Part shown: positions 42,205-51,805 of the stretch, piece by piece
Position numbering within the stretch: the stretch's first letter is position 1
Layout: each line of letters opens with the position of its first letter
IMG/VR virus record: IMGVR_UViG_3300042554_000362
Coordinates: 341 to 64,340 of that record
Length of the DNA stretch: 64,000 nt
Strand: one strand, 5' to 3'
Source of the DNA: a virus
Lineage: Duplodnaviria; Caudoviricetes
Program-made: the position numbers and the translations under genes
The notes under the pieces: generated by a model
Database searches by the model: none
What the model was told of the DNA's origin: nothing
What the model saw: only the letters and a program-made list of their open reading frames with translations

Positions 42205-43851
42205 TTATGTCACTGTAATTTCTAATCTAACAAATGGGAACGTATTACCATAGTAAGTCATAATAGTTCCTGAGAATCCTGTAAAGGTATAATCAACTTG
42301 ATATACCCCAGCTGCTGAGTATTGGATAGTACCTACACTGGCTGTGCCACCACTGGCGATTGTACCACCACCCGATCCTACATACAATCTATTAGGCCCA
42401 GTAACACCACTTATTGCCCATGTAGCCCCCGGAGGTGCATCTTGCAAATCTAAATAAATCGACTGGCCAACTGTGGCCACATAGTTATAGACCTTAAATG
42501 GTGCTGTAGTAAAGGTATTGTAAGGATTAGCCACCACTGAATAGTTAGCTGGAGCGAGAGTAGTTGTAGTGGTAGTGATTGGCAGGCCGGTTACGTTAAT
42601 GCTAATCACCCTGGTATTGTTAGTACCATCAAACACACAGATAAATCTATAAGATCCGCCTACACTGAGCGCAGCTGGAGTACTAATAAACGTACCTCCA
42701 CCGTTGAGTGTTCTTAGACCTTGAAATTCAACCACTGGATCAGCATCAGCTATTATGGTAACGTTGCTGTTTGGAGCACCACCACTGATAACCATTGTTG
42801 TAGGTAATGCTCCTGCTGCAACGGTATAAAATACTTCATTGCCCACTGTGCTAGTTAAAGTTCCTGGACTAATGCTGACTACTTCATTGTAGGAAATAGT
42901 GGTTGTGGTTGTGGTTGCTAGTGTGGTTGTGGTTGTAGTTGTACCTTTCTGATACCAAATAGCATTCATCCAGCTGGTGTCATTGACTTCGATATCGTAA
43001 TAGCCAATTTGGCTGGTCATAGCGGAATCAATAAACGCAGCTACTCTAAAGTCTTCGCTGACCTCGGGATTAGCATCATTGGCTATGTCCAACAAATAAC
43101 TGTGTACAGTGGTATTACCTCTAAAATCAAGATTAGCAGTGAGTTGGTTTGAACTCACTGTGTAATTCACAGTGTCCCCATACATGTCCTTGAAATTGCC
43201 AAAATCTGCAGACTCGATGTTGCCGCGATTTGGTGTAATTTTCAAATAAACATTTTGTGGGAAACTCAAGCCTGCGCTTAATCCTGCTGTGGTTAAGCCG
43301 AGTTCGACACCAATGTACTTGCCTTCTCGAGCAGGATATGGACTAAAGTTGCTGATAGTCCAGTGTGTGGTACTGGCTGCTGGAGGCGTCAGTGCAGGAG
43401 GTGTAAAGATAAATGGCGCCAATGGTTCTGCGTAGTCGAAGAACGGTATTCCATATAAAATCACAATAGGATGATACATGGGCGGAGGGCTGGTGAAATT
43501 AATTTCATAGCCGTCTACAATGTAGGCCAAGCCAGGCACCTGATAAACGTTGTGTATGAATACCAATATCAGTATTTCATTGCCAGTTGGGTAACTGTAT
43601 TTCATTGGGCCAAACACAGTTTGTTTGGCATCACCGTAGAATATGTCTTTGTCAGGATAAGGAATTTCACCAGTGATAGCAAATGGTCTCCAACGTCCTT
43701 TCATATAAATCTCAGGACGCTTTTTCTCGTCGTTAAATCGAATCAAACCATCCACTGGACAATTTGGACCCACACTGGTACTACAAGTCACTGGCATTCT
43801 AATGCTGTAACTGGCAGACTCTAATTCGCGATTCTTAAGATAACGACCCAA
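42205..43851 (-). CDS. Virion structural protein with Thr-rich linkers
   Basis: 548 aa with a TTG start. Contains GLIRFN and VFIHNVYQVP modules like those in the fibre proteins. Confidence 0.5.
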   Translation of the reverse strand: MGRYLKNRELESASYSIRMPVTCSTSVGPNCPVDGLIRFNDEKKRPEIYMKGRWRPFAITGEIPYPDKDIFYGDAKQTVFGPMKYSYPTGNEILILVFIHNVYQVPGLAYIVDGYEINFTSPPPMYHPIVILYGIPFFDYAEPLAPFIFTPPALTPPAASTTHWTISNFSPYPAREGKYIGVELGLTTAGLSAGLSFPQNVYLKITPNRGNIESADFGNFKDMYGDTVNYTVSSNQLTANLDFRGNTTVHSYLLDIANDANPEVSEDFRVAAFIDSAMTSQIGYYDIEVNDTSWMNAIWYQKGTTTTTTTLATTTTTTISYNEVVSISPGTLTSTVGNEVFYTVAAGALPTTMVISGGAPNSNVTIIADADPVVEFQGLRTLNGGGTFISTPAALSVGGSYRFICVFDGTNNTRVISINVTGLPITTTTTTLAPANYSVVANPYNTFTTAPFKVYNYVATVGQSIYLDLQDAPPGATWAISGVTGPNRLYVGSGGGTIASGGTASVGTIQYSAAGVYQVDYTFTGFSGTIMTYYGNTFPFVRLEITVT

Positions 43852-43852
43852 G

Positions 43853-44176
43853 CTATACTCCGTAACTGCTTACAGTGGCCACAACTCGCACATTAGCATC
43901 AATGGTAGGACTGGTAATATTGGCGCATATAGCATCACCATTGTCTAGTGCTAGTTTTTCATGCTCTACTACATAGGTATCGTGATGACAAATAGGAATA
44001 GTATAATAGATAGCATTATTGGCACTGGCTGTATTACCTGCTGGCACTGCATAAACACTGATGTAAGCAGTGACATTACCCGAGTTACAAAAGTACATGG
44101 TAGTAACAATATTTTCACCATTGCTGACAAAAATATTACTAACAGTGTTATCTAATACAGTGCTATAAAGTGACAT
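43853..44176 (-). CDS. Small beta-sandwich virion protein
   Basis: 107 aa (TTMYFCN...KLALDNGDAI). Confidence 0.5.
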   Translation of the reverse strand: MSLYSTVLDNTVSNIFVSNGENIVTTMYFCNSGNVTAYISVYAVPAGNTASANNAIYYTIPICHHDTYVVEHEKLALDNGDAICANITSPTIDANVRVVATVSSYGV

Positions 44177-44184
44177 GCTAAATC

Positions 44185-44844
44185 CTATAATAACAACGAA
44201 TAGGCAATGGCCTTTCGCTTGGTAATTAGTTCATCGTCTCGCTTGGGCGGAGGTGCAGCTACATACACGCCGCTTTCTCCTTCACCGGGTGCAGCAAAAT
44301 AAAGCACAGTAGCACTAGTAACAGGTTTAGGAACATTAGCAGTGGGTGGATTGTGATTAATTTGAAAAGCTGTGGTAGCTGTGTTACCATCCCAACCTGG
44401 ACTAAAAATTATATTGTGTGGTGCAAGTGAACGTATTTCCCAATTGGTATTGCTATGATATACACCAGTGGTGTACAAATTACCACCTAGGTGAGGATCG
44501 TAGTCGTCCTCAACACGAATCATAATGTTGGCCCAATGATAACAATCGTCAGTTAGCTGCCAACGATCTACAGCTTCAGTCCAACGTAGTCCTACTGTAC
44601 AATAATCTCCACGTATGACATTAAATCCAGAGTTCAATACCGGAACGCCAGTGGTATTAGAACTAAGTGTAATTATGTTATCATCTACTATGGTCTCTAC
44701 ACTTTTGACTTCACTGAAGCTGCCAATCACCCATAAATTACCGTAGAGAAATATATCACCTTTGCCAGCATCGCTGGTAATGGTAACATCTCCATTGTAG
44801 GTGTCTAGGCTGTAACCGCCAGTGATACGATCAAAAGATGACAT
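44185..44844 (-). CDS. Fibre-base/virion protein
   Basis: 219 aa with VDDNIITL, DPHLGGNL and a C-terminal KAIAYSLLL. Confidence 0.5.
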   Translation of the reverse strand: MSSFDRITGGYSLDTYNGDVTITSDAGKGDIFLYGNLWVIGSFSEVKSVETIVDDNIITLSSNTTGVPVLNSGFNVIRGDYCTVGLRWTEAVDRWQLTDDCYHWANIMIRVEDDYDPHLGGNLYTTGVYHSNTNWEIRSLAPHNIIFSPGWDGNTATTAFQINHNPPTANVPKPVTSATVLYFAAPGEGESGVYVAAPPPKRDDELITKRKAIAYSLLL

Positions 44845-44883
44845 AGTTTGCGAGTTTTAGATATTTATGATTAAACTAGGTAC

Positions 44884-44909
44884 AAAAAAATAGCACCCGA
44901 GGGTGCTAT
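44884..44909 (-). terminator. Rho-independent terminator
   Basis: Minus strand reads TAGCACC-CTCG-GGTGCTA followed by T7, just downstream of the ORF ending at 44929. Confidence 0.85.
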
Positions 44910-44928
44910 CTTGTTAGTTGAAGCTAGA

Positions 44929-45375
44929 TTAAGATACGTTACCAGCAAAATCAGTGTTGCCAGTAGTAACAGCAACGTTACCACGTTCTGCACCAGCTGC
45001 CATACCACCAGATTCTTCAAGTTGAATAAATCCGTCTGTGGTACTAACACCAAAGTTCCATGGACCTGTGCCAACTACTGTGCCTGCTAGATTGACCAGA
45101 GTACATTTACGACTGCTGATTTTAATAACAAAACCGTTGGTTCCAGCATCTAGTTTACCGCGAATGGTCATATCTCCATTGGCTAAACCGCCGTTGTTCT
45201 TGTTGGTTAAAATGCAAGTAGCTGTAACTGTGCCATCAGTTACTGTGAATTTTCTATCACCACGTTGTCTTACAACATATCCATCGTATTCTGTGCCACC
45301 AGTTTTGAATCTGCAACGTAAATCACCTTGAGTTGCACCGGTTCCGAAAAATCTCTTTGCTATAGGACGACCCAT
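44929..45375 (-). CDS. Hypothetical virion protein downstream of the major capsid gene (possibly head-associated)
   Basis: Start re-called to ATG 45375 (MGRPIAKRFFG) because of an AGGAGA RBS at 45381-45386 and TAAATA at 45447-45452. Has its own terminator. Confidence 0.6.
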   Translation of the reverse strand: MGRPIAKRFFGTGATQGDLRCRFKTGGTEYDGYVVRQRGDRKFTVTDGTVTATCILTNKNNGGLANGDMTIRGKLDAGTNGFVIKISSRKCTLVNLAGTVVGTGPWNFGVSTTDGFIQLEESGGMAAGAERGNVAVTTGNTDFAGNVS

Positions 45376-45529
45376 TTGTTTCTCCTTATAAGGTGTTCTA
45401 GACCTACGCGGTGGGTGCCGCATAAACTCTGTTGAGCGAACAAATATATTTATCAAAATCGTTGACAACTACTCACGGCCATGCTAGCATTACTGTGGAT
45501 AAATATAAGATAACCCAAGAGGTATCATT

Positions 45530-45790
45530 ATGAGATCAATTATTATATTAGCGGCCTCGACACTATTACTTACTGGTTGCCTTACTACCAAAGAGCAACT
45601 TTATTATGAAACTGCTAAATCAATCAGCAGAGACAACACCGTAAGCCAGACAGCTTGCTGGTCAGCTATTTCAGACATTGCCAAAGGTGGAGCCGAAGGC
45701 AGCAAAGTGGGCGCCATTGCCTTAGCTGAAAAATGTAAAAATGAAACTGTAAAAATCGAGCCACCCAAGCGTAACTGGATGGGCCTATAA
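45530..45790 (+). CDS. Small lipoprotein
   Basis: 86 aa. Signal peptide MRSIIILAASTLLLTG-C with an LLTGC lipobox, a GAGG RBS and TAAATA at 45500-45505. Confidence 0.75.
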   Translation: MRSIIILAASTLLLTGCLTTKEQLYYETAKSISRDNTVSQTACWSAISDIAKGGAEGSKVGAIALAEKCKNETVKIEPPKRNWMGL

Positions 45791-45810
45791 TCCGATATTT
45801 TTCAACTCAA

Positions 45811-45837
45811 CAAAAAAGGGCCTTGCGGCCCTTTTTG
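45811..45837. terminator. Bidirectional rho-independent terminator between the convergent gp23 and lipoprotein genes
   Basis: AAAAAAGGGCC-TTGC-GGCCCTTTTT; the loop reads GCAA on the minus strand. Confidence 0.9.
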
Positions 45838-45864
45838 TTTACTTCCCATCCCGATTGAAGTAAA

Positions 45865-47064
45865 TTAGCTAAAGCTGAGTGTATTCTGTGGAATATCAAC
45901 TTCGCCAAGGTAGTCACCAGCATTACCAAGCGAGCTGGCAGTATTTGTTAGCTCAACATAACCATATCTGGTCATGAAGCCAACTACTGGCTCGAATGTT
46001 GCTGGATCTAGTACAACACCACTGCTCATCAATGGTACATATGGGCAATAGAAAGCGGCTGCATCAGCTTCGCTTGTACCCTTATATCCAACTAGAACAG
46101 GTGTAGCATCACCAGCGTAGCTGTCAACATAGATCTTCATAGCGCCGTTTAGTGTACCAACAAACTTGGTGTTGGTTGGAGCTTCGAAGGTACCTTCTGT
46201 TGTACGAGCAAATGCTGAAGTTGTTGCGCTTTGTAGCACTGTTAGAGCTGCTGGACTTACAACTGCCCAGTTGCCTGCGCCACGACGTGTACGCTGAGCG
46301 ATCTTGTTAGCAACACGGTTGATTAGAACAGCAAGAGCTGCGTGCTCGTCACCAACGAATGTAGCTGTACCGCTAACTAGAGTCTGGTTGTAGGTCTCTT
46401 CGATAGCAGCCAATGAACGCAAGCTAGCTAGGATTTCCTGGTCGATTTCAACTGTGATTTCCTGTGCTAGAGCTGCCATGATTTCGGCCTCAACATCTAG
46501 ACCATGCATGGCTTGTGCGTCTTGAGCAGCTTCGAATGTCCAACGTGCGCTTAGTTTACGAGTTTTAGCTTCGACAACTTGCTTCAAAATTTGAACATTG
46601 ATTCTGTTACCTGCAACACCTTCTAGTGTAGCTGTGCTGTTAGCACGGCTTGCTGCACCGCTGGCTTGTTGGAATGTAGCACCAGAGTATGCTGTTGCAA
46701 TGCGGAATGGGCTAAGAGCCTCATCACCAGCTGTTGCACCATCATTGGCCACTGTTGCACCAACTGTGTCAGCATAGCGAACACGTAGTGTGTGAATTTG
46801 AGCAACAGGACCTGTCATTGGCTGAACACCAACGATCTCGTTAGCGATAACTGTAGGCATAACACGACGGATCACTGGCAGAATCACACGGTTTAGAGTA
46901 GCGATTTGACCAGCTTGTGTTGAGCCACCTGTAGCAGCTTCTGAAAGGTTTTTACGAGTGTTCTCGAGGATAACACTCATGGTTGTGCGGCGTGAACCGC
47001 TAAGGCCTTCTAACAGGGCTTCTTTAGTTTCGCCCCAACGGCTTTCTAATAGTTCTTGTGTCAT
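45865..47064 (-). CDS. gp23: Major capsid protein, T4 gp23-like
   Basis: Motifs GVQPMTGP, EAKTRKLSARWTFEAAQD, AFYCPYVPL and GFMTRYG; AAGGAAGG RBS. Confidence 0.97.
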   Translation of the reverse strand: MTQELLESRWGETKEALLEGLSGSRRTTMSVILENTRKNLSEAATGGSTQAGQIATLNRVILPVIRRVMPTVIANEIVGVQPMTGPVAQIHTLRVRYADTVGATVANDGATAGDEALSPFRIATAYSGATFQQASGAASRANSTATLEGVAGNRINVQILKQVVEAKTRKLSARWTFEAAQDAQAMHGLDVEAEIMAALAQEITVEIDQEILASLRSLAAIEETYNQTLVSGTATFVGDEHAALAVLINRVANKIAQRTRRGAGNWAVVSPAALTVLQSATTSAFARTTEGTFEAPTNTKFVGTLNGAMKIYVDSYAGDATPVLVGYKGTSEADAAAFYCPYVPLMSSGVVLDPATFEPVVGFMTRYGYVELTNTASSLGNAGDYLGEVDIPQNTLSFS

Positions 47065-47090
47065 TATTTCCTTCCTTTAAGGTTTAACTA

Positions 47091-48197
47091 TTACTTCAAC
47101 CCTGCTAGACGCTTAAGCTCAACAACATTGGTATCCTTGGACACCTCTTGAGCTTGGGCAGATTTAGCAGTTTTATCTCCTGTGACTTCTGCACGGCTTT
47201 CAGCTAAAACAGATTTTTCTTCTTTCTTAACTGAACCTGCGTTGAGTACGGCAGGAAGATACTTTTCGAATGCAGTCTTCAATTTTGGAGTCTGCACACT
47301 TTCTAGAAGTTCGCGCATGACCGCTTGCTTCTCTTTAACTAGAGTACCTAGCAGCTCGTCCATTACAGACTTGCGATCTTGGCTCTCCTTGATCACGCGG
47401 ATCTCGCGTTCCTTGCTTTCAACAATACGTTGAGCACTAACTTTGGCTTCAGCAGCTTCAGCTAATTGCTGTTCTTGTTGTTCCACAATTTTCTTTAGCT
47501 TAACAATTTCTCTGTTCTCATTGAGATGAGTTAACGAGAATTCGCTAGCAAAGGCTTCGAATATACGACGGCCAAACATGTTCTCACGAGCAAGTTGGAT
47601 GTCTTCTTTTAGTTGAGTTAATTCAGCACCTAATTTATTGGCAACCGACTCTTTAACTAAACGAGCACTTTGTTCGATAAAACGACGCTGAATGCTTTCC
47701 AATTTGGTTCTGGCTTCTGCAACCAGACGTACCTTGGTTTCAACAACGGCTTTTTTATCTTGACTAAATTCACGGATTTCTTCTGCTAGCGCACGGACAA
47801 TGAACTTCTCCAGGCGAGCATAGTTTTCCTTTTGAATTTTGCGATCTTGGTGCAGTTCGCGAACTTCCTCGGCTAATTTCTTAACCATGAAGTCATTAAA
47901 GCGACCGGCAGATTCCATCATGTGGTTTTTCATACGCACACGATCTTCTACCATGGCCTGTTTCTCGCCTACGAATTCTTCAATTTCTTTGGCGAGGCTT
48001 TCGGTAACCATCTTGTCTAGTGCTTCAACCATTACCTGCTTGTCATGCTCATAGCGGACAGACATCTCTTCGCGCAGTTCTGCACGAATTTGATCACGAG
48101 CTTCATTTAACTTGGCTTCCCAAGCTTCATTGATAGCTTGCTTAGTGTCTTCATTGATAATACCGCTATCTAGCAATGGTTTTAGAGCGTCAAACAT
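47091..48197 (-). CDS. gp22: Prohead core/scaffold protein, T4 gp22-like
   Basis: 368-aa coiled-coil, E/K-rich protein lying between gp21 and gp23. Confidence 0.85.
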   Translation of the reverse strand: MFDALKPLLDSGIINEDTKQAINEAWEAKLNEARDQIRAELREEMSVRYEHDKQVMVEALDKMVTESLAKEIEEFVGEKQAMVEDRVRMKNHMMESAGRFNDFMVKKLAEEVRELHQDRKIQKENYARLEKFIVRALAEEIREFSQDKKAVVETKVRLVAEARTKLESIQRRFIEQSARLVKESVANKLGAELTQLKEDIQLARENMFGRRIFEAFASEFSLTHLNENREIVKLKKIVEQQEQQLAEAAEAKVSAQRIVESKEREIRVIKESQDRKSVMDELLGTLVKEKQAVMRELLESVQTPKLKTAFEKYLPAVLNAGSVKKEEKSVLAESRAEVTGDKTAKSAQAQEVSKDTNVVELKRLAGLK

Positions 48198-48209
48198 TTG
48201 CGGTTTCTC

Positions 48210-48845
48210 CTATATTTTCAAGTCTCTAATCAAACGAACCACTTCGTCTTTTAGAAACTTTTGCACTTTTTGATTTTCCTTGACTTCACCTGCCATTTCT
48301 AGCACTCTATGGCCATGACGCATGTTTAATAAACCTTCGTATATGGCTTTAGGATAGGCATGTGGAGCACTAGGTTGCGCTACAATGTCTACGGTGACTA
48401 TTTCAAACTCACTGACGTGCCCAGTGGATTCTGATACATTGCCGCTTCCACGGCTGGATACACCCAGTTTCACACCACTTTCTAACATGGTCTTAACTAG
48501 CTGTCCCATTGGGGTAGGGAGGATCTTCAACTTTCCGTGTCCTGCAGGACCATCCATCCACATTTGTTCAATCATGTGGCTTACACGATCTAGGTTAATC
48601 TTTAGATCGTCGGGATGGTCTACTTCACCTAACACTGAATATCCACCTTTAATTTGTTCATTGATTGAAGTCACTGCACGAGCAATTTCCTGAACAGGGT
48701 AAACACGCTGGTTAGCATTCTTTACCCCGCCTTCAATGAATATACCTTTCATGTACAGGTTCTTACCGGAGCCGTCACTGTTGTCCTCATGCAAGACCTG
48801 CATCTTGGCATGATCAAAAGTTAGCTGTTCTCTTAGGTAAGTCAT
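48210..48845 (-). CDS. gp21: Prohead protease, T4 gp21-like
   Basis: Motifs NANQRVYP, LGEVDHP, GVSSRGSG and DIVAQPSAPHA. Confidence 0.95.
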   Translation of the reverse strand: MTYLREQLTFDHAKMQVLHEDNSDGSGKNLYMKGIFIEGGVKNANQRVYPVQEIARAVTSINEQIKGGYSVLGEVDHPDDLKINLDRVSHMIEQMWMDGPAGHGKLKILPTPMGQLVKTMLESGVKLGVSSRGSGNVSESTGHVSEFEIVTVDIVAQPSAPHAYPKAIYEGLLNMRHGHRVLEMAGEVKENQKVQKFLKDEVVRLIRDLKI

Positions 48846-48855
48846 CGCTGTCTAC

Positions 48856-49677
48856 TTACTTGGCAACTGGACTATGCTTAACTACAGGCACGCTACCATC
48901 TGTGGTGCTGCCTTCATTGTGCTTGGCACCGGCCTTGGCTGTGTAGCCTTTGGTCTTAGCACCAGGAACATTCTCATATTGTCCAGCATGTGGCATATTG
49001 CCCTTGCCTTTAGCGTACTGATTGTTTGGCTGTGGTGTTGGCTTGCCATCAGCAGCTTGTTCTGCACCACCTTTAGCGATGTTAGCCGAACTACCGCCCA
49101 TGTCGTTCTTACCGGCTACAATGCTTTTGGCATTGGTGCCTGGCTTGTCGCTGGCGCCTGTACCTACAGTGTGACCTTCAGCATTGGCAGGAGCAGCAAC
49201 TTTGTCTACATACTCACGTACCATGGCAGGATCCATGCCTTCTTCTTTAGGCATTTCCATGTCTGCATGCTCTGGCTCATTCATTTCGTCGCTCATGAGT
49301 GCATCGAATTCAGCTTTGAGTTCGTCAAGAGCAGCTTCGAGATCCATTACGCGATCTTCTAGCTCGCCTTCACCTTCTTCGCCGCCCATGTCACCCATGT
49401 CATCGCCTGGCTCGCCCATGTCGTCACCGGGCATCTCAGCATCCATTTCCATGTCGCTGTCCATCTCGTCATCAGCTTCAACCATGCCTTCTTGGTCAGC
49501 TTCGATTTCATCAACTAAGCCATTTACTTCGCCTAGCTCTTCATCAACACCCTCTTCGTCAATGAGATTCTCATAGATTTCACGTGACTTTTCCACGACG
49601 ATTTGGTGGAACAGTTCGCGAGCCCGATCATCCTGCTCATTGATAATATATTCAATTAGCTTTTCATATTGGTTCAT
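48856..49677 (-). CDS. Acidic prohead core/internal protein (gp67/68 position)
   Basis: 273 aa, highly acidic, between portal and protease. GGAG RBS and TAAATA at 49718-49723. Confidence 0.55.
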   Translation of the reverse strand: MNQYEKLIEYIINEQDDRARELFHQIVVEKSREIYENLIDEEGVDEELGEVNGLVDEIEADQEGMVEADDEMDSDMEMDAEMPGDDMGEPGDDMGDMGGEEGEGELEDRVMDLEAALDELKAEFDALMSDEMNEPEHADMEMPKEEGMDPAMVREYVDKVAAPANAEGHTVGTGASDKPGTNAKSIVAGKNDMGGSSANIAKGGAEQAADGKPTPQPNNQYAKGKGNMPHAGQYENVPGAKTKGYTAKAGAKHNEGSTTDGSVPVVKHSPVAK

Positions 49678-49774
49678 TATTAGGGACTCCTATAAAATAA
49701 TATGATCCGTTATTAGGTATTTACATAATATTGTAATATTATGTGTTATATGGCGGTTTTTTGAAGGATTTTGA

Positions 49775-50005
49775 TTATAAACCAGGTACTTCGCCGGCTG
49801 CTGCCGCAGGTTTATACTGTTTTGATATCTCTTGAACCTTTTTCTGGTTCTCGTATTTCTTCACGTCATTCATTTGTCTGAGACGCTTGATCTGTGCCAA
49901 CGTAAGACGGCTCTTACGTAACTCGCCCATCTTTTTCACAGAGTTATCCTGCTTTTCATCACGATAACCCGGTAATTCTGCTTCAAATAAGTCAACGATA
50001 AACAT
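49775..50005 (-). CDS. Small head-assembly hypothetical protein
   Basis: 76 aa directly after the portal gene, with TAAATA 6 nt before the ATG. Confidence 0.6.
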   Translation of the reverse strand: MFIVDLFEAELPGYRDEKQDNSVKKMGELRKSRLTLAQIKRLRQMNDVKKYENQKKVQEISKQYKPAAAAGEVPGL

Positions 50006-50032
50006 ATTAGTTATTTACCAAACTGATCTTAT

Positions 50033-51772
50033 TTAGGCCGCTGGTGCCGCTACTGGAGCTGCTGCTGCTCCGCCTAATGGACTAGCTGCTCCTGTGGCTG
50101 CTGCGCCGGCTTCTGCTCCAGGTAGGCCTTCGGCACCCGGTAGGCCTTCTGCGCCAGGTACAGCGTCAGTGGCTTCTATGTCACCAGCAATGGCGCCTGG
50201 AGTAATACCTACACTGCGTAGTCCAACGTCGGCTGCGCCTTGTTCACCAGTTTCACCTTGCTCTTCTAACCAGAGCTTTTCATTTTCCTGCATTTCTTGT
50301 TCGTCAAGTCCTAGATAACGCTTCATTAGAAAACGTTTACTAAAATAAGGAAATGCTTCTAAGCTGGTATAAGTTTGAATACGGCTAGCATCGATTTCTA
50401 CCTGACGATACTGTGCAAAGTTCTGTGGCTCATTGAGTTTGAGTTCAAACAGTTGTCCGTCAATGTTGATACCACGCCAGCGCATGAACATCTTAAACTC
50501 TTGATCTAGATGACTGGATATCATGTTTTGTAGTCTTACACAATATCTATTAAAACGCCATTCTTGAATCAAGGCTGTGCCTACACGCCCGTCGGTATAG
50601 CTTTGACTGCCGTCATCTAGTCCAGTGGGCAAGTAGCTGCTAGGAATACGTAGACCGCGGAATAACTTGTTGGTGAAAAAGCGTAGGTCTGTGATTTCAC
50701 CTAGGTTTTGTCCACCTGCCAGTGTTTCTACACTGCTACCACGACCATCTGCGGTTTGTGGGAAAAAGTAATCTTCATTGGTGCTTAATGGATTATAAGT
50801 AGCATCCATCATGTTGTAGCCGCCACCGGTCTGCGTGGGAATTCTACGCTGTGCGATTTCGTTCTTGATGCGTTCCACAAAAGCCATGGCCATGTGGTTA
50901 GGCATATTACCTACGTCAATTTTAAATATTCTACGCTCTGGTGCTCGTTGCACACGATAGATAATGATAGCATCTTCTAAGAGTTCCTTTTGCTTGAATA
51001 CTTTGAAAATGTTTTCTAGCACACTGTTACCAAAGGGCCAAAATATGTCTAGGCCTTCGGTTAAGCTCAGGTGCACCACATGTTCAGCAGCAATAGCAAC
51101 TTCATTTTGTGCATGAGTAAATCTTGAACCACCTTGAAATGGCGCATTAGGCATGATATAAGTGCCTTGTGGTCCGCCAACCTGTGGATGGTTAATATAA
51201 GTATCCGAAGTGCTGACAGCGGTCACTGTGAGATTTTGTAAGTTAGGAGCAACTTCCTTAAGCACATACTGCTCAGGCTCTTTGCCTTCTGCTTCATTTA
51301 CAATAATCTTAACTACCTTGCTCATTTCAACCCAGTAGAGTTTAAATGTTTCTGGGTCACGTACAAATACTTGATCACCGTATTTTAAGGTATTACGCAC
51401 CACTTTGAATATGCGTCTATTGAATTCGTTAAGAGTTACCCACTGTTGCAGCTGAGTTTTGATGATTTCTACTTCGGTATCTGTAGGATCATCTTTGTAA
51501 TAGATGTTAAAAGGCATGCCAGTGGTTTGATCAGGCTGACTGCTGAATTCAGCTAATATATCCAATGCAGCGTTTACTTCTGAGTCCATGTCCATTTGTT
51601 CGTATTGGTTATAGCGTTCAATACGATTAGGATGTCCTGTGTAAATTTCAGGTAAATTGCTTTGATAATTTCTGTAGGCAGGAGTACCAGGAGCAGGGCT
51701 ACCGGGCAAGCCATTGCCCATTGGGCTCATTAACTGAGCATTAGGTGCCTTAAAATATTTGCGCCAAGTCAT
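50033..51772 (-). CDS. gp20: Portal vertex protein, T4 gp20-like
   Basis: Motifs LLEDAIIIYRVQRAPERRIFKIDVGNMP, EDYFFP, TLAGGQNLGEITD and LRIPSSYL. Confidence 0.96.
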   Translation of the reverse strand: MTWRKYFKAPNAQLMSPMGNGLPGSPAPGTPAYRNYQSNLPEIYTGHPNRIERYNQYEQMDMDSEVNAALDILAEFSSQPDQTTGMPFNIYYKDDPTDTEVEIIKTQLQQWVTLNEFNRRIFKVVRNTLKYGDQVFVRDPETFKLYWVEMSKVVKIIVNEAEGKEPEQYVLKEVAPNLQNLTVTAVSTSDTYINHPQVGGPQGTYIMPNAPFQGGSRFTHAQNEVAIAAEHVVHLSLTEGLDIFWPFGNSVLENIFKVFKQKELLEDAIIIYRVQRAPERRIFKIDVGNMPNHMAMAFVERIKNEIAQRRIPTQTGGGYNMMDATYNPLSTNEDYFFPQTADGRGSSVETLAGGQNLGEITDLRFFTNKLFRGLRIPSSYLPTGLDDGSQSYTDGRVGTALIQEWRFNRYCVRLQNMISSHLDQEFKMFMRWRGINIDGQLFELKLNEPQNFAQYRQVEIDASRIQTYTSLEAFPYFSKRFLMKRYLGLDEQEMQENEKLWLEEQGETGEQGAADVGLRSVGITPGAIAGDIEATDAVPGAEGLPGAEGLPGAEAGAAATGAASPLGGAAAAPVAAPAA

Positions 51773-51805
51773 GTATGGATTCTCTTAGGATTAAGTATTT
51801 ATAGA

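Noticed and set aside
45376-45468. Longer N-terminal extensions in the ORF track (45468; also 53854 and 58828)
   Set aside because: Downstream ATGs at 45375, 53941 and 58792 fit RBS, promoter or motif positions better, and the extensions overlap regulatory sequence or neighbouring genes.
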